This document shows positions 17,094 through 25,818 of a stretch of DNA of 26,847 nt, piece by piece. This stretch comes from a virus. Taxonomy: Duplodnaviria > Caudoviricetes. Below the pieces are notes generated by a model. The model did not search any database. It worked only from the letters and a program-made list of their open reading frames with translations, and was not told where the DNA came from. Position 1 is the first letter of the stretch. Each line of letters starts with the position of its first letter. Position numbers and translations under genes: made by a program. The stretch is taken from positions 1 to 26,847 of IMG/VR virus record IMGVR_UViG_3300045135_001779; one strand, 5' to 3'.

Positions 17094-17211
17094 CAAATGC
17101 CACCTTGTAGATGTAATGTAACGGTATGAGAAACAGCAACAATATGGGTAAAACGATGATGGAGATGATAGCAACGATAACTTCCGTCCATCTAATCACC
17201 TTCTTCCCCAT
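17086..17211 (-). CDS. 41-aa membrane microprotein
   Basis: GGGTGA upstream of ATG 17211. MGKKVIRWTEVIVAIISIIVLPILLLFLIPLHYIYKVAFDG has basic N-terminus and one long hydrophobic segment. Confidence 0.6.
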   Translation of the reverse strand: MGKKVIRWTEVIVAIISIIVLPILLLFLIPLHYIYKVAFDG

Positions 17212-18280
17212 CGTGTTCACCCGTTCCATCCCATAACTGACACTTACCAATGCATAAGCCTTTACCAATCAAACTTGCGCATGATTCTTGATAACCACCC
17301 TCGACTATTGAGTCGGTATGATAGCGCGTTCTGTTTTCATCATAGTCCGCCCATTGCAAACTCTCGATGAATTCAGTAATAGTAAGCGTGTGCTTACTTC
17401 GCATCTGTGTCGTGGTTTTCTCAATCGGTAGAAAATTTCTCAGCCTCGCGGCGAGATACATTACAAGACTCGCGCGACTCACATGTGGAGGGTTGCTTCC
17501 AACTTGACAAGCGGCTTCAACCAAGCATGGTAGTATCTTGATTTTACCCATGTTCACCGTATCGAACTGAACAGGTTCACCATCGACAACTCGGAAGTTC
17601 TTCTTCTTCACTTCTTCAAGAGGTAACGACATACCATGTGTACCGTAATAGTAAGACGTGTTGTTTGGCTTCTGTGCCATTTCACAAATCTCATCCCAAC
17701 TCAAACTCAAGAGTTCTGTTGTCATTGGTATGCTCCATCTTAAGACATGCTCCTTCGCGTTGTATGAATTAGGTATTCGTATCATTCGCGCTAAATCAAA
17801 GGGTACTGCGGGGTCCATGCAGTACAAACCCATTGATTCTTTCAAGCCATTGACGACCTTACGACCCGCCGCTTTGATGTGTGATACATCTCTTCCACAG
17901 GAAGGTAGATGTGTTCTATTAAGCGCTATCCAAATGTGAAAACCATTTCCGCTAAACCAAACAGCATGCGATATGTCCTGTTCCAATAAGAAAAGATGAA
18001 GGCGCTCTACTTGTTCTACAACCTCATCACCTTCAACCTCGACCATCTCACTTCCTTTTCGATACTTCTTGTCGAAGTCCAAAACGAAGTTGCGAACGAC
18101 GGCGGTATTGTATTCCGCGCGAGTTCCTTTTGGTTTCAATGCTCGGAATGAATACACGGACATGTAAGCACATTGACTGTTTCTCAATGTCGCCCAATAC
18201 TTCTCAAACTCACCTTGATTGTGTACAACCTTACGAAACAACCCAACCTCTTTGGGGTAACTCAACTTAAGCGGTTTCAT
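17192..18280 (-). CDS. priS: Archaeo-eukaryotic primase, catalytic domain fused to a PriL-like Fe-S C-terminal domain
   Basis: AEP motifs VLDFD, SGNGFH, D..RMIRIPNS. C-terminal LPC...H.SR..L..YL...YDENRTRY...SC....GLC...C. Probable start ATG 18280 after GGTGG. Confidence 0.9.
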   Translation of the reverse strand: MKPLKLSYPKEVGLFRKVVHNQGEFEKYWATLRNSQCAYMSVYSFRALKPKGTRAEYNTAVVRNFVLDFDKKYRKGSEMVEVEGDEVVEQVERLHLFLLEQDISHAVWFSGNGFHIWIALNRTHLPSCGRDVSHIKAAGRKVVNGLKESMGLYCMDPAVPFDLARMIRIPNSYNAKEHVLRWSIPMTTELLSLSWDEICEMAQKPNNTSYYYGTHGMSLPLEEVKKKNFRVVDGEPVQFDTVNMGKIKILPCLVEAACQVGSNPPHVSRASLVMYLAARLRNFLPIEKTTTQMRSKHTLTITEFIESLQWADYDENRTRYHTDSIVEGGYQESCASLIGKGLCIGKCQLWDGTGEHDGEEGD

Positions 18281-19193
18281 TTGAACCACCCATCGGTATT
18301 GCATACTTCGGGCATAGTTCAATTACTTGACACCATCCACACTTGAAGTCTTGGTCTGTTGTAGGAAAGTGTTCATCAAGATACATCTTGATAAGGTCGC
18401 GCATCAGTTTCATCATGCTTCGTTCGCTCACGGTTTTCACCTTTTCAATCGTCCAATGGTCGGCGGCTGAATAGCGCCATCCCCAATGCGTAACAGGTCT
18501 GTCGATGTTGTTCTCCTTGAGAAATTCAGCATCGCTGTTGTCGATAAGGAATTTGTAGTACGCCATTTCTTTGCGCATGTTGGACATTTTGTTATCCTTC
18601 CACTTACCGGTTTTTAATTCAAACAACAGAAGGCCACCATCATCCGCTTCAAACACACGGTCAATGATTCCGACAAACTGCACAGGTATTGTGCCATAGC
18701 CGGGTACTTCTACTTCGCGCTTAACTTCGATACGAACCTCATTGGCTAATGGTTGCGCTGTTTCGCTTATGCTCATACGCGCTGATTCATATTTCATCAA
18801 CCAATCCATGTTTCTCTCGTAGTCTTCATCATAGAATGGAAACTCTTTGTTCTCTTTTCTTCGATTGTTCACGATTTCAGTTGGTGTGGGGATGTAGCGT
18901 TTCAACGACTTAGAGATGTCAATACCTTTCTGTGCGGCCATATGCAATGTATGCAATTCTCCACTATCACGCAATTTATCGTAGAACATCTCCAACCCAT
19001 TGTGGATGTCATCACCAACAACAAGGTGTTTTACCAATTCTTGTTTGCGCGGATAATTCTGTTCAATCCACATCTGTTGTGCGCACCATAGAGGCGAAGT
19101 AAGTGTGGACTTACTCATGCGAATAACCACACCTTTCTTCCCCATTTCTGTCGTCCATGCATAACTTGAACCATCGTCGTAAATTTTCACCAT
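18267..19193 (-). CDS. Cas4-like / PD-(D/E)XK exonuclease with Fe-S staple
   Basis: N-terminal S.S.L...WC, G..IH..LE, GIIDRV, FELKTG, EMAYY, C-terminal CGWC.....C. Confidence 0.88.
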   Translation of the reverse strand: MVKIYDDGSSYAWTTEMGKKGVVIRMSKSTLTSPLWCAQQMWIEQNYPRKQELVKHLVVGDDIHNGLEMFYDKLRDSGELHTLHMAAQKGIDISKSLKRYIPTPTEIVNNRRKENKEFPFYDEDYERNMDWLMKYESARMSISETAQPLANEVRIEVKREVEVPGYGTIPVQFVGIIDRVFEADDGGLLLFELKTGKWKDNKMSNMRKEMAYYKFLIDNSDAEFLKENNIDRPVTHWGWRYSAADHWTIEKVKTVSERSMMKLMRDLIKMYLDEHFPTTDQDFKCGWCQVIELCPKYAIPMGGSNETA

Positions 19194-19354
19194 TCTTCAT
19201 CACCCCATACCTTATTGTGGCAGAATTCACATGATTTTGGGATGTTTCGCTTCGTCGTTTTCAATGCTGTGCAATGCTTACACTCCCAAAGACGATGCCC
19301 TAACATCGTAGGAGAACGATGAATCTCACGCCATACCTTATTGTGTGCCATCAT
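19187..19354 (-). CDS. 55-aa zinc-ribbon microprotein (not in ORF track)
   Basis: Hand translation MMAHNKVWREIHRSPTMLGHRLWECKHCTALKTTKRNIPKSCEFCHNKVWGDEEW; coupled at both ends; GGAGG upstream. Confidence 0.7.
   Translation of the reverse strand: MMAHNKVWREIHRSPTMLGHRLWECKHCTALKTTKRNIPKSCEFCHNKVWGDEEW
19205..19345. repeat. Perfect 15-bp direct repeat CCATACCTTATTGTG
   Basis: Copies at 19205-19219 and 19331-19345, 126 bp apart, both in frame (HNKVW on the minus strand). Confidence 0.9.
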
Positions 19355-19497
19355 TCTTCCTCCGCTAAAATCTCAAGGCAATGCTCGCAGGGTGCATTAA
19401 GTTCGGGGTCTGTGCTTAAACGTTCGTCGCATCGAGGACAGTAGCAATCACAACCGTCGGATTCAACGTGTCCGCAAATCAACTTTGCATCAAGCAT
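19351..19497 (-). CDS. 48-aa Cys-rich acidic microprotein (not in ORF track)
   Basis: TGATG-coupled. MLDAKLICGHVESDGCDCYCPRCDERLSTDPELNAPCEHCLEILAEEE contains CGH, CxCxCxxC and CxxC. Confidence 0.7.
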   Translation of the reverse strand: MLDAKLICGHVESDGCDCYCPRCDERLSTDPELNAPCEHCLEILAEEE

Positions 19498-19730
19498 CAC
19501 TTCATTCCCACCATCGTCGGAGCGTCAATCTTGTTGATAAGGTAGAGGTCGGGCATCTTTCGCTGTAGTTCTTCTTGTAGTTCACATACTGCTCGCGCTA
19601 ATTTCGTAGCGTTGTAGAGGTCTTCCTCAAGAGCATCAATGCGCGCACTTGCTTCCGCATCGAGGTCTTTCAACTTCTTTTGTAGTTCGTCTATTCGGGC
19701 TTCTAATTGTTTCACTTTTTCGTCTGTCAT
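19497..19730 (-). CDS. Small coiled-coil protein
   Basis: 77 aa with heptad Leu pattern (VKQLEARIDELQKKLKDLDAE); GGTGA upstream. Confidence 0.75.
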   Translation of the reverse strand: MTDEKVKQLEARIDELQKKLKDLDAEASARIDALEEDLYNATKLARAVCELQEELQRKMPDLYLINKIDAPTMVGMK

Positions 19731-19734
19731 GGTA

Positions 19735-22104
19735 TCACCAATATACTGCGGGTCGGGGTTCTCCTGTTGCCGCGCCCAAATCCCAACCCAAGATTTCGTA
19801 CACGTTTTTCAGTTTGTTCACGATTGCCTTTTGGAGAATCTTTGTGGCATCGAGATTAAATCCTTCCATCTCCTTTTCGTCGCGGTACGCTACAACATCA
19901 GTTGATGGCATACCTGCCGGAACGGAATTTACATACACCCACTTAACAGAATCACCTGCTTCAAATGGGTCATCATCAACCATCACGGAATTGTAATAGT
20001 TAGCGGCTCTACTCGCAATTGTACCAAAGCGCATTGTACCGTTCACCATCTTTGCAACCGGCGCGCTTCCTATTCTTGTTTGCTGTGTCACTTCTTTGAG
20101 GACAACCTCACCCTTCCGTACAGGGAGCGACAACTTCAACAATTCATCACGGACTTCGGCTTCATTCTTACCTTGACATATCATCGTCAAAGCAATGCGT
20201 TCAGCCTTTTTGGTAATCGGTGCTGTATTGCTACCTTTGAGAAAGTTCGCGGTCTTCATTTTCCCTTCATCTTCGGGAGGGTAATTGACAATACCCGCGT
20301 ACTTGTTTTTACCTGCCAACAACCAATAGTCATGGTACGCTTCAAGTTCAGCAAACAACTGCTTGTTGCCCGTAGCCGTCTGTATAGAATCAGTTACGCG
20401 CTTTGCTAATGTTTCAGCCTCATCGAATGGCACTTGAATAAATGCGCTGTCCGTAAATCCGTACAGCACATTGTATCCGAGTCTTGTTGCTGTGCTATCA
20501 AGCAATCGAATGCAACGACGTCCTTCGGAGAGAATAGTCGTTGCAATGTCTACATCAGCCCACCCATATCCAAGATGCGCAGTCATACCGTACAGGCTTG
20601 CCATGACACGTTTTACTGCTGATTGTGTAGTATTCCAAGCGGCTCGTTCCTCTTTGGTTTCAGCGTTGCGCATGTTTTCTTTGCATGTTGCTCGGAAGTC
20701 AAAGAGGTAATCAACAACCTGTGGGAGAATACCCTTTGTTGATTGGTCCCAATACGAACCATTCTCAAGTTGAATGATACCTTCACCCGGACCATCACGT
20801 TTTGTTGTGTAGCAAAGGTTGAATCCTGTGATGAGTGATGGGTACAGTCCCTTGTAGTCAATAACCGCTACACCCTCGTACAATCCATCATCTGTAATAA
20901 TAAATTCAGCGCCCTTCAAATCAACCTTTTCGCCTTTGTATCGAGAAGGTGCTATCAGATGTGTTCGTCGTTGAATTAAGCCACGCGCGAAGTTTGTTAC
21001 GTTGGTTGCTGATTGAATGGATACACCACACAATCGAACCATCTCAACAAAGAAGTCTGTGACGTTTCGCGCTTCATCAATACCACGAAGAAGAACGGTG
21101 TCGAGTAGACAATAATCAACAAACTCTTCCCAATACTCGTACCATCCATTGTGGACATCCATACCCTCAATTTCTTCTGTGAGTTTTGAACCGAGTCCTA
21201 ATTCTTCCGCGATAGTATTCAACTTAAGATTCGGTAGTTGTCCACCACCACTATCTTTCCAAACGCGTTCAAACCCTGTACCACTTCCCGCAGGTGCGGC
21301 GGTGTCAAATTGCCATCGACCCGCAATTGGTTGGTCATCATGTCTGTAGCGCTCACCTTTCTTTGGACGTCGAATCACACCCAACGGGCTTAACTTCGAC
21401 GCGCCACCGTAACCGTAAATCTTGTCAAGACGCTCAATCATGTGAGGTATGTCGAAAAATGTTCCCGCGTGAGCAATCATCATATCAGGATTGCGCTCTT
21501 GTAGAAACCAAATGAAATTGTCATACATTTCTTTCTCAGAACCATAGCAATAAAGGTTGTATGTTACATCACGAACCTTCTTGTTACTGATGGTTGTGTT
21601 ACTTGGGTCGTCAAACGGACAGTTGGTGCGTTCGTCAGCCCATGCAAACACAACGGGTGTGTCGAGGTCGGAGTCAATGACAGCGATGACAGTCGTAAAG
21701 TTGTCATCACCTGTGTTACATTCGATGTCATACCACCATTTGCGCGGTTTCCATTTCGGCATCGCTGTGCATTCGTTGATGAGGTATTGGTCGATGAACG
21801 ACATGTCACCCTCATAGGTCTTCGGGAACATTTGACTCATCCGATATATGTCGAATGGATTGTGTGTTTCGACTCTATAGAGAAGTCCTCCATCAAGCGC
21901 TTCGTAGGTTTTGTCTTTGCACACCTTTGCTTTTGGATACGCTCGCTTCAATTGACTTATTGCAAAGTTCGATGTTGAAGCAGGTATGTACATGTGAGGC
22001 TTGAAGTCATCCACTTGTTGCTCGACAAGTTTACCATCCTCATCTCTCCAACGTAGGTAGATTGTCGGTGCTTTGTCGTTGTGATAAACAGCATCAGCAA
22101 TCAT
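19735..22104 (-). CDS. polB: Family B DNA polymerase with 3'-5' exonuclease domain
   Basis: ExoI YDIEC, ExoII FFDIP, ExoIII YCLLD; polymerase motifs DYKGLYPS, KRVMASLYG, YGFTDS, KNKYAG. About 790 aa, no intein. TGATG-coupled to the upstream gene. Confidence 0.96.
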   Translation of the reverse strand: MIADAVYHNDKAPTIYLRWRDEDGKLVEQQVDDFKPHMYIPASTSNFAISQLKRAYPKAKVCKDKTYEALDGGLLYRVETHNPFDIYRMSQMFPKTYEGDMSFIDQYLINECTAMPKWKPRKWWYDIECNTGDDNFTTVIAVIDSDLDTPVVFAWADERTNCPFDDPSNTTISNKKVRDVTYNLYCYGSEKEMYDNFIWFLQERNPDMMIAHAGTFFDIPHMIERLDKIYGYGGASKLSPLGVIRRPKKGERYRHDDQPIAGRWQFDTAAPAGSGTGFERVWKDSGGGQLPNLKLNTIAEELGLGSKLTEEIEGMDVHNGWYEYWEEFVDYCLLDTVLLRGIDEARNVTDFFVEMVRLCGVSIQSATNVTNFARGLIQRRTHLIAPSRYKGEKVDLKGAEFIITDDGLYEGVAVIDYKGLYPSLITGFNLCYTTKRDGPGEGIIQLENGSYWDQSTKGILPQVVDYLFDFRATCKENMRNAETKEERAAWNTTQSAVKRVMASLYGMTAHLGYGWADVDIATTILSEGRRCIRLLDSTATRLGYNVLYGFTDSAFIQVPFDEAETLAKRVTDSIQTATGNKQLFAELEAYHDYWLLAGKNKYAGIVNYPPEDEGKMKTANFLKGSNTAPITKKAERIALTMICQGKNEAEVRDELLKLSLPVRKGEVVLKEVTQQTRIGSAPVAKMVNGTMRFGTIASRAANYYNSVMVDDDPFEAGDSVKWVYVNSVPAGMPSTDVVAYRDEKEMEGFNLDATKILQKAIVNKLKNVYEILGWDLGAATGEPRPAVYW

Positions 22105-22874
22105 CAACTAACCCCCTGTTGGTGCTTGAGAACAAGCAGGTCATCATGCTCATGGTGTTGTAGTATGAGTGCCGCATTAGCGCCCATATGAAAATCAACC
22201 ATACCATCGCTCATGCAAGCAAGCGTCTGTGGTAAATGAGAACCAAAGTGTGTTACCGATTCTTCCTTACCCGACACGTCGTTTAACTTGACGACACGGT
22301 TTACGTTTGCACCACCTGCAACATGACCTACTGTAACAACAAGTTCCTTGTCTGTAGGGCATATCTTAACACGGCATGGTGCATCCTTACCTGCAATCTT
22401 GACGGCTGTGGATAGTCCACGAATGTCCTTCATGTTCAAGTGTCCATGAATATCCAACAGCGCCGGTCCAATCTTTGTGAAGTTCGCATCAATCATTGTC
22501 TTGATTGCAAAGTTAGCGCGCTCCAAACTTGCGGCTGAACGTATGTGCGTGTGGCTCGGAAGCACAAGAGAGTCCTTCTCTAATTTTAAATTAAGAGAGC
22601 CGTCCCATTGGTTCACTATACATAAGTCTTGCGAAGATGCTTTAAGAAACGTTATAACCTTAGCAACATCGCTGATGTATATTTTTCCGGGTCTGTACTT
22701 GACATCAGCACTCAACATTACACTCATGCTTTTTGAACAATAGTGCGTTGTAGTATCTACTGCACCATAGACGCGGTTATCTTTTACATTCAACATGAGG
22801 TCTTCGATGTTGTTTCCGAATCCGTCAATGAATGCTAAGAATTTCTTTCGGTCCACAATCACTTGTGCGGCCAT
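22104..22874 (-). CDS. Putative PCNA-like sliding clamp (divergent)
   Basis: 256 aa with a twice-repeated helix/beta-strand pattern typical of clamps, coupled to polB, with an RFC in the same operon. No diagnostic motif visible. Confidence 0.6.
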   Translation of the reverse strand: MAAQVIVDRKKFLAFIDGFGNNIEDLMLNVKDNRVYGAVDTTTHYCSKSMSVMLSADVKYRPGKIYISDVAKVITFLKASSQDLCIVNQWDGSLNLKLEKDSLVLPSHTHIRSAASLERANFAIKTMIDANFTKIGPALLDIHGHLNMKDIRGLSTAVKIAGKDAPCRVKICPTDKELVVTVGHVAGGANVNRVVKLNDVSGKEESVTHFGSHLPQTLACMSDGMVDFHMGANAALILQHHEHDDLLVLKHQQGVS

Positions 22875-23110
22875 TCAATAGCCTCCCCTGTAAGAACGAT
22901 ATGCTTCGCGTGGCATTTCTCGCATAGTGGTCGTAGTTCGTGCCATCCATTGTAATCCACATCAAGCCATTTCAAGGACTCTTTCAACATGTCCACAGAT
23001 GGTGTGTACTGTAGTTTGTCACCACATAGATACAAGTGAGCATTGCGAGCGTTGTTTGACGGTACACCCACTTGAACGTGTATTGGGTAATCTCTTGGTC
23101 TATACATCAT
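22859..23110 (-). CDS. Small putative Zn-binding protein
   Basis: 83 aa, H...LCG...LCEKC; GGTGA upstream. Confidence 0.65.
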   Translation of the reverse strand: MMYRPRDYPIHVQVGVPSNNARNAHLYLCGDKLQYTPSVDMLKESLKWLDVDYNGWHELRPLCEKCHAKHIVLTGEAIEWPHK

Positions 23111-23510
23111 TTACTTCACCTTCATTCTTCGGGGATTCCATTGGCACATATCTTAGACAGACGCAAGCGTAATGTGAAATAACCTTCTCACCGTCCGCCA
23201 AATGAATCTCTTCGACTTCACCTGTACCACCACAGGCTCGACACTTTGGGTCGGCCTTGACAGTCATGCGTTCAGCGAATATGCAATCACATGGATGATT
23301 TTCAAAATCAACATCGACACATTCACCTTCATGATTCATGACGGCTCGTTGCATCCATATCATACCCTCGCCACCACAGACCATGCATGCAGGGTCCGCT
23401 TCATAGGATGGGTATTTGTCGATAAGTGAATCATCACTTCTTGGTCGCGCTTCGTTGTGTGCCTTTTCACCCGTTCTTGGGAAATCATTGTGTTCGTTTG
23501 TATCCTTCAT
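23100..23510 (-). CDS. Protein with two tandem CxxCxGxG...CxC zinc fingers
   Basis: ATG 23510 overlaps the upstream stop (ATGA). ADPACMVCGGEG...CDC and ADPKCRACGGTG...CVC. Confidence 0.75.
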   Translation of the reverse strand: MKDTNEHNDFPRTGEKAHNEARPRSDDSLIDKYPSYEADPACMVCGGEGMIWMQRAVMNHEGECVDVDFENHPCDCIFAERMTVKADPKCRACGGTGEVEEIHLADGEKVISHYACVCLRYVPMESPKNEGEVNDV

Positions 23511-24499
23511 ATTCCGTCCTCTCGTAGTTCCGGTAGTCCAAACCATTCCGGCGCTTCTTCCTTTTTGGTTTTCATGATAATCCTTCGTTGGTCAAGAAGT
23601 TGAGGGTTGGTTCGGCATTTAACGAATTCAACCTCGTAATTCATCTGTCCTGTAGGAGCGCCGTTCTCATCTCGCACTTTGGTCTTGTGGAAGTAAATGA
23701 TTTGATTCATGTGGTTAGCGGTTTGCTTCTCCCACGCAGGTTTCTTACCGATGATTGCACCGGTCTTATCCTGTAATTCCTTGAAGTGTGTTTCCCAATA
23801 GACGCGGACACCTAATCCCATCAAGACTTTGCTAATTGCTGTCAATTGATGAAATCGAGTTGTTCGGATTTGCCAATTAAATCGCATACCGACTTGCTCA
23901 TGGGGTTTTACTTTAGCACCGATACCGTCCGGCGCGGTTCCCAAATCTTCAATGAACATACAGTTCTTACAGACTTCATCCCATTGGTCTAAACCCGTTA
24001 CCAACAACGAATTCAGTTTTGGTTTGTTGCCCGGATTTCTCGCCCACTCAACAAGCGTTCTACCGATGTTCATGACTCTCGCATGTGTTGCGGGGTAGTC
24101 GAAAGCATCTCTTGTATCACTTTGCATGACCCACGGTGAAAGCACTCGGATGTTTCTTGAGTGCGCGCGGTGGTGAGATGTACGAATGGTTTGTCCGCCA
24201 CCATCAAAGTCGAGAACGAAGATAACTTCACCGTTCTTAATTTCTTCATCTGTTAGACTGTCGAGGATAACACCTGTCTTACCTGCACCTTCTGCTCCAA
24301 CCAATGCGCATAGCGTTTGATTGTCCGGTAGGATGTCAGCCGATTCTTGAATCTCATCCCAAATAGATGCTCCAATTGGCGCTCCTGTCTTTTGTTCTTC
24401 TTCCAAAGATACCGAAGGAAACGTTGTTGCTTCGTCCAATGCCTTTGTTTCTTGTTCTGCTTGCTCTTGTAAATCCTTTAGATTTGCCATTCCTTTCAC
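23507..24499 (-). CDS. RecA/RadA-superfamily P-loop ATPase (Sak4/AAA_24-like recombinase)
   Basis: Walker A GAEGAGKT, FVLDFDGG strand, Walker B position LLVTGLD, late strands VYWETH, IIYF and FVKCR. Start GTG 24499 or ATG 24490. Confidence 0.75.
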   Translation of the reverse strand: MKGMANLKDLQEQAEQETKALDEATTFPSVSLEEEQKTGAPIGASIWDEIQESADILPDNQTLCALVGAEGAGKTGVILDSLTDEEIKNGEVIFVLDFDGGGQTIRTSHHRAHSRNIRVLSPWVMQSDTRDAFDYPATHARVMNIGRTLVEWARNPGNKPKLNSLLVTGLDQWDEVCKNCMFIEDLGTAPDGIGAKVKPHEQVGMRFNWQIRTTRFHQLTAISKVLMGLGVRVYWETHFKELQDKTGAIIGKKPAWEKQTANHMNQIIYFHKTKVRDENGAPTGQMNYEVEFVKCRTNPQLLDQRRIIMKTKKEEAPEWFGLPELREDGI

Positions 24500-25818
24500 T
24501 CTCCATCTCCTTCAAATTGGTTGGAGTTGGTGTCGCCACCCTCACCTGCGGGAATTGCATAGCGAGGTACTGCGTAAATACCAACTGCGCTGATTTTAGG
24601 AGTGTCACCTTCTTCTCTCTTGGTAAGACCGAGCCGACCATAGATGAAGACTGTAGATTTTACTGCGTATGGTTTCCAACCTTCTTCGGTTGCATACTCA
24701 AACACATGTCCATTGTCGCCTAAGAAACCGTGAATGCTGATTCCAACATCACGTCGGCTGTCGTCACCGAATGCTCGCATCAAATCAAAGGAAGTGACGC
24801 GCATGAAATATGTGTAACCACTTGGGTCGTACTCATAGTCGCTTGGTTCTAATCGAAGGTCGCTAACTCGCGCCTTGATGAGTACCATAGGTCCAACAGG
24901 ATTCGGGATACCTGCAATGGTTTCGCTCTTCGTTTCAAAGATTTCAGTCAATGTAGACAAGTCCTTAACGAAGGTTGCCGAGGTCGGTAGAAGACGTTCC
25001 GGCTTGACTGCATCAGCGTATTGCTCTTCAACAATGCTACCGTATGTGATAGCCGATGGGAATGGTAGTGTGTTCCACACATCCTCCCATCCTTTGCTGA
25101 CGTTCTTTCGCTCTCGGACGCTTACGGTACATTCCGAAAACATCTGAGGTACATGCCACTCGTTCGGGTCTTTGGATGTCACAGTAAGGCGCAAGTGGCT
25201 TTGTGCGTCCATGAAATTCTCTTTTTCGTTTCCGTAGAAATGGTAAGTGCGTTGCCATCGGTAAGGTGTGATAGGTTCACCAAAGCGACCCCATTCCGGA
25301 TTGTTCTGTAGAATAGCAATCGACAGACCATGCTCTTCAAACAAGAACCACGGCTTTTCATCCGCGCTTTCTTCTGTTTTCTTGACACCATCTTTGCCTT
25401 CAAGCATCCATACACCATCTTGAGTAAAAGCGCGAGCAACAAGACCATTCTCAATTGCTTCGCTCATATCGTTAAGTGCGGCTGATACAGCCGGCGCTCT
25501 CTTTCGTTCTTGTGCATCTCGCACCTTGCTGTCGATACCAATGAAGTACCCTACAAGTTTAACTGCGTTCGACGCTGATGTGTTCGACATCACTCTTCGT
25601 TCTACGATGAAGGATTCGGCGGCTTCAATTAGGAAGTCGTCATCTTCTTCGCTTGGGTTGCTGATTCCTAAGTCGGTATTGAGATACGCGACAAATGCTT
25701 CTCGCGCTTCTTCAATCGACTTGTTGTGCTTTTCAGCCCACCACTTCAATCGTTCTTCCACCTCCGAGTGAAAGGTGTGTTCATCGTTGTTTGCTCCGTT
25801 ATTTCCATTTAGGTTCAT
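24496..25818 (-). CDS. Hypothetical protein, candidate ssDNA-binding (RPA/OB-fold-like) protein
   Basis: 440 aa with N-terminal helical bundle, aromatic-rich beta body and acidic Gly-rich tail. Lies between RFC and the recombinase. Function is inferred from context only. Confidence 0.4.
   Translation of the reverse strand: MNLNGNNGANNDEHTFHSEVEERLKWWAEKHNKSIEEAREAFVAYLNTDLGISNPSEEDDDFLIEAAESFIVERRVMSNTSASNAVKLVGYFIGIDSKVRDAQERKRAPAVSAALNDMSEAIENGLVARAFTQDGVWMLEGKDGVKKTEESADEKPWFLFEEHGLSIAILQNNPEWGRFGEPITPYRWQRTYHFYGNEKENFMDAQSHLRLTVTSKDPNEWHVPQMFSECTVSVRERKNVSKGWEDVWNTLPFPSAITYGSIVEEQYADAVKPERLLPTSATFVKDLSTLTEIFETKSETIAGIPNPVGPMVLIKARVSDLRLEPSDYEYDPSGYTYFMRVTSFDLMRAFGDDSRRDVGISIHGFLGDNGHVFEYATEEGWKPYAVKSTVFIYGRLGLTKREEGDTPKISAVGIYAVPRYAIPAGEGGDTNSNQFEGDGE

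Noticed and set aside
18267-19193. CRISPR-Cas system suggested by the Cas4-like gene
   Set aside because: No repeat-spacer array or other cas genes; solo Cas4-like nucleases are common in viral replication modules.
19735-22104. Intein or inactivated polymerase
   Set aside because: Length is normal, no intein termini or LAGLIDADG motifs, and catalytic Asp residues of motifs A and C are present.
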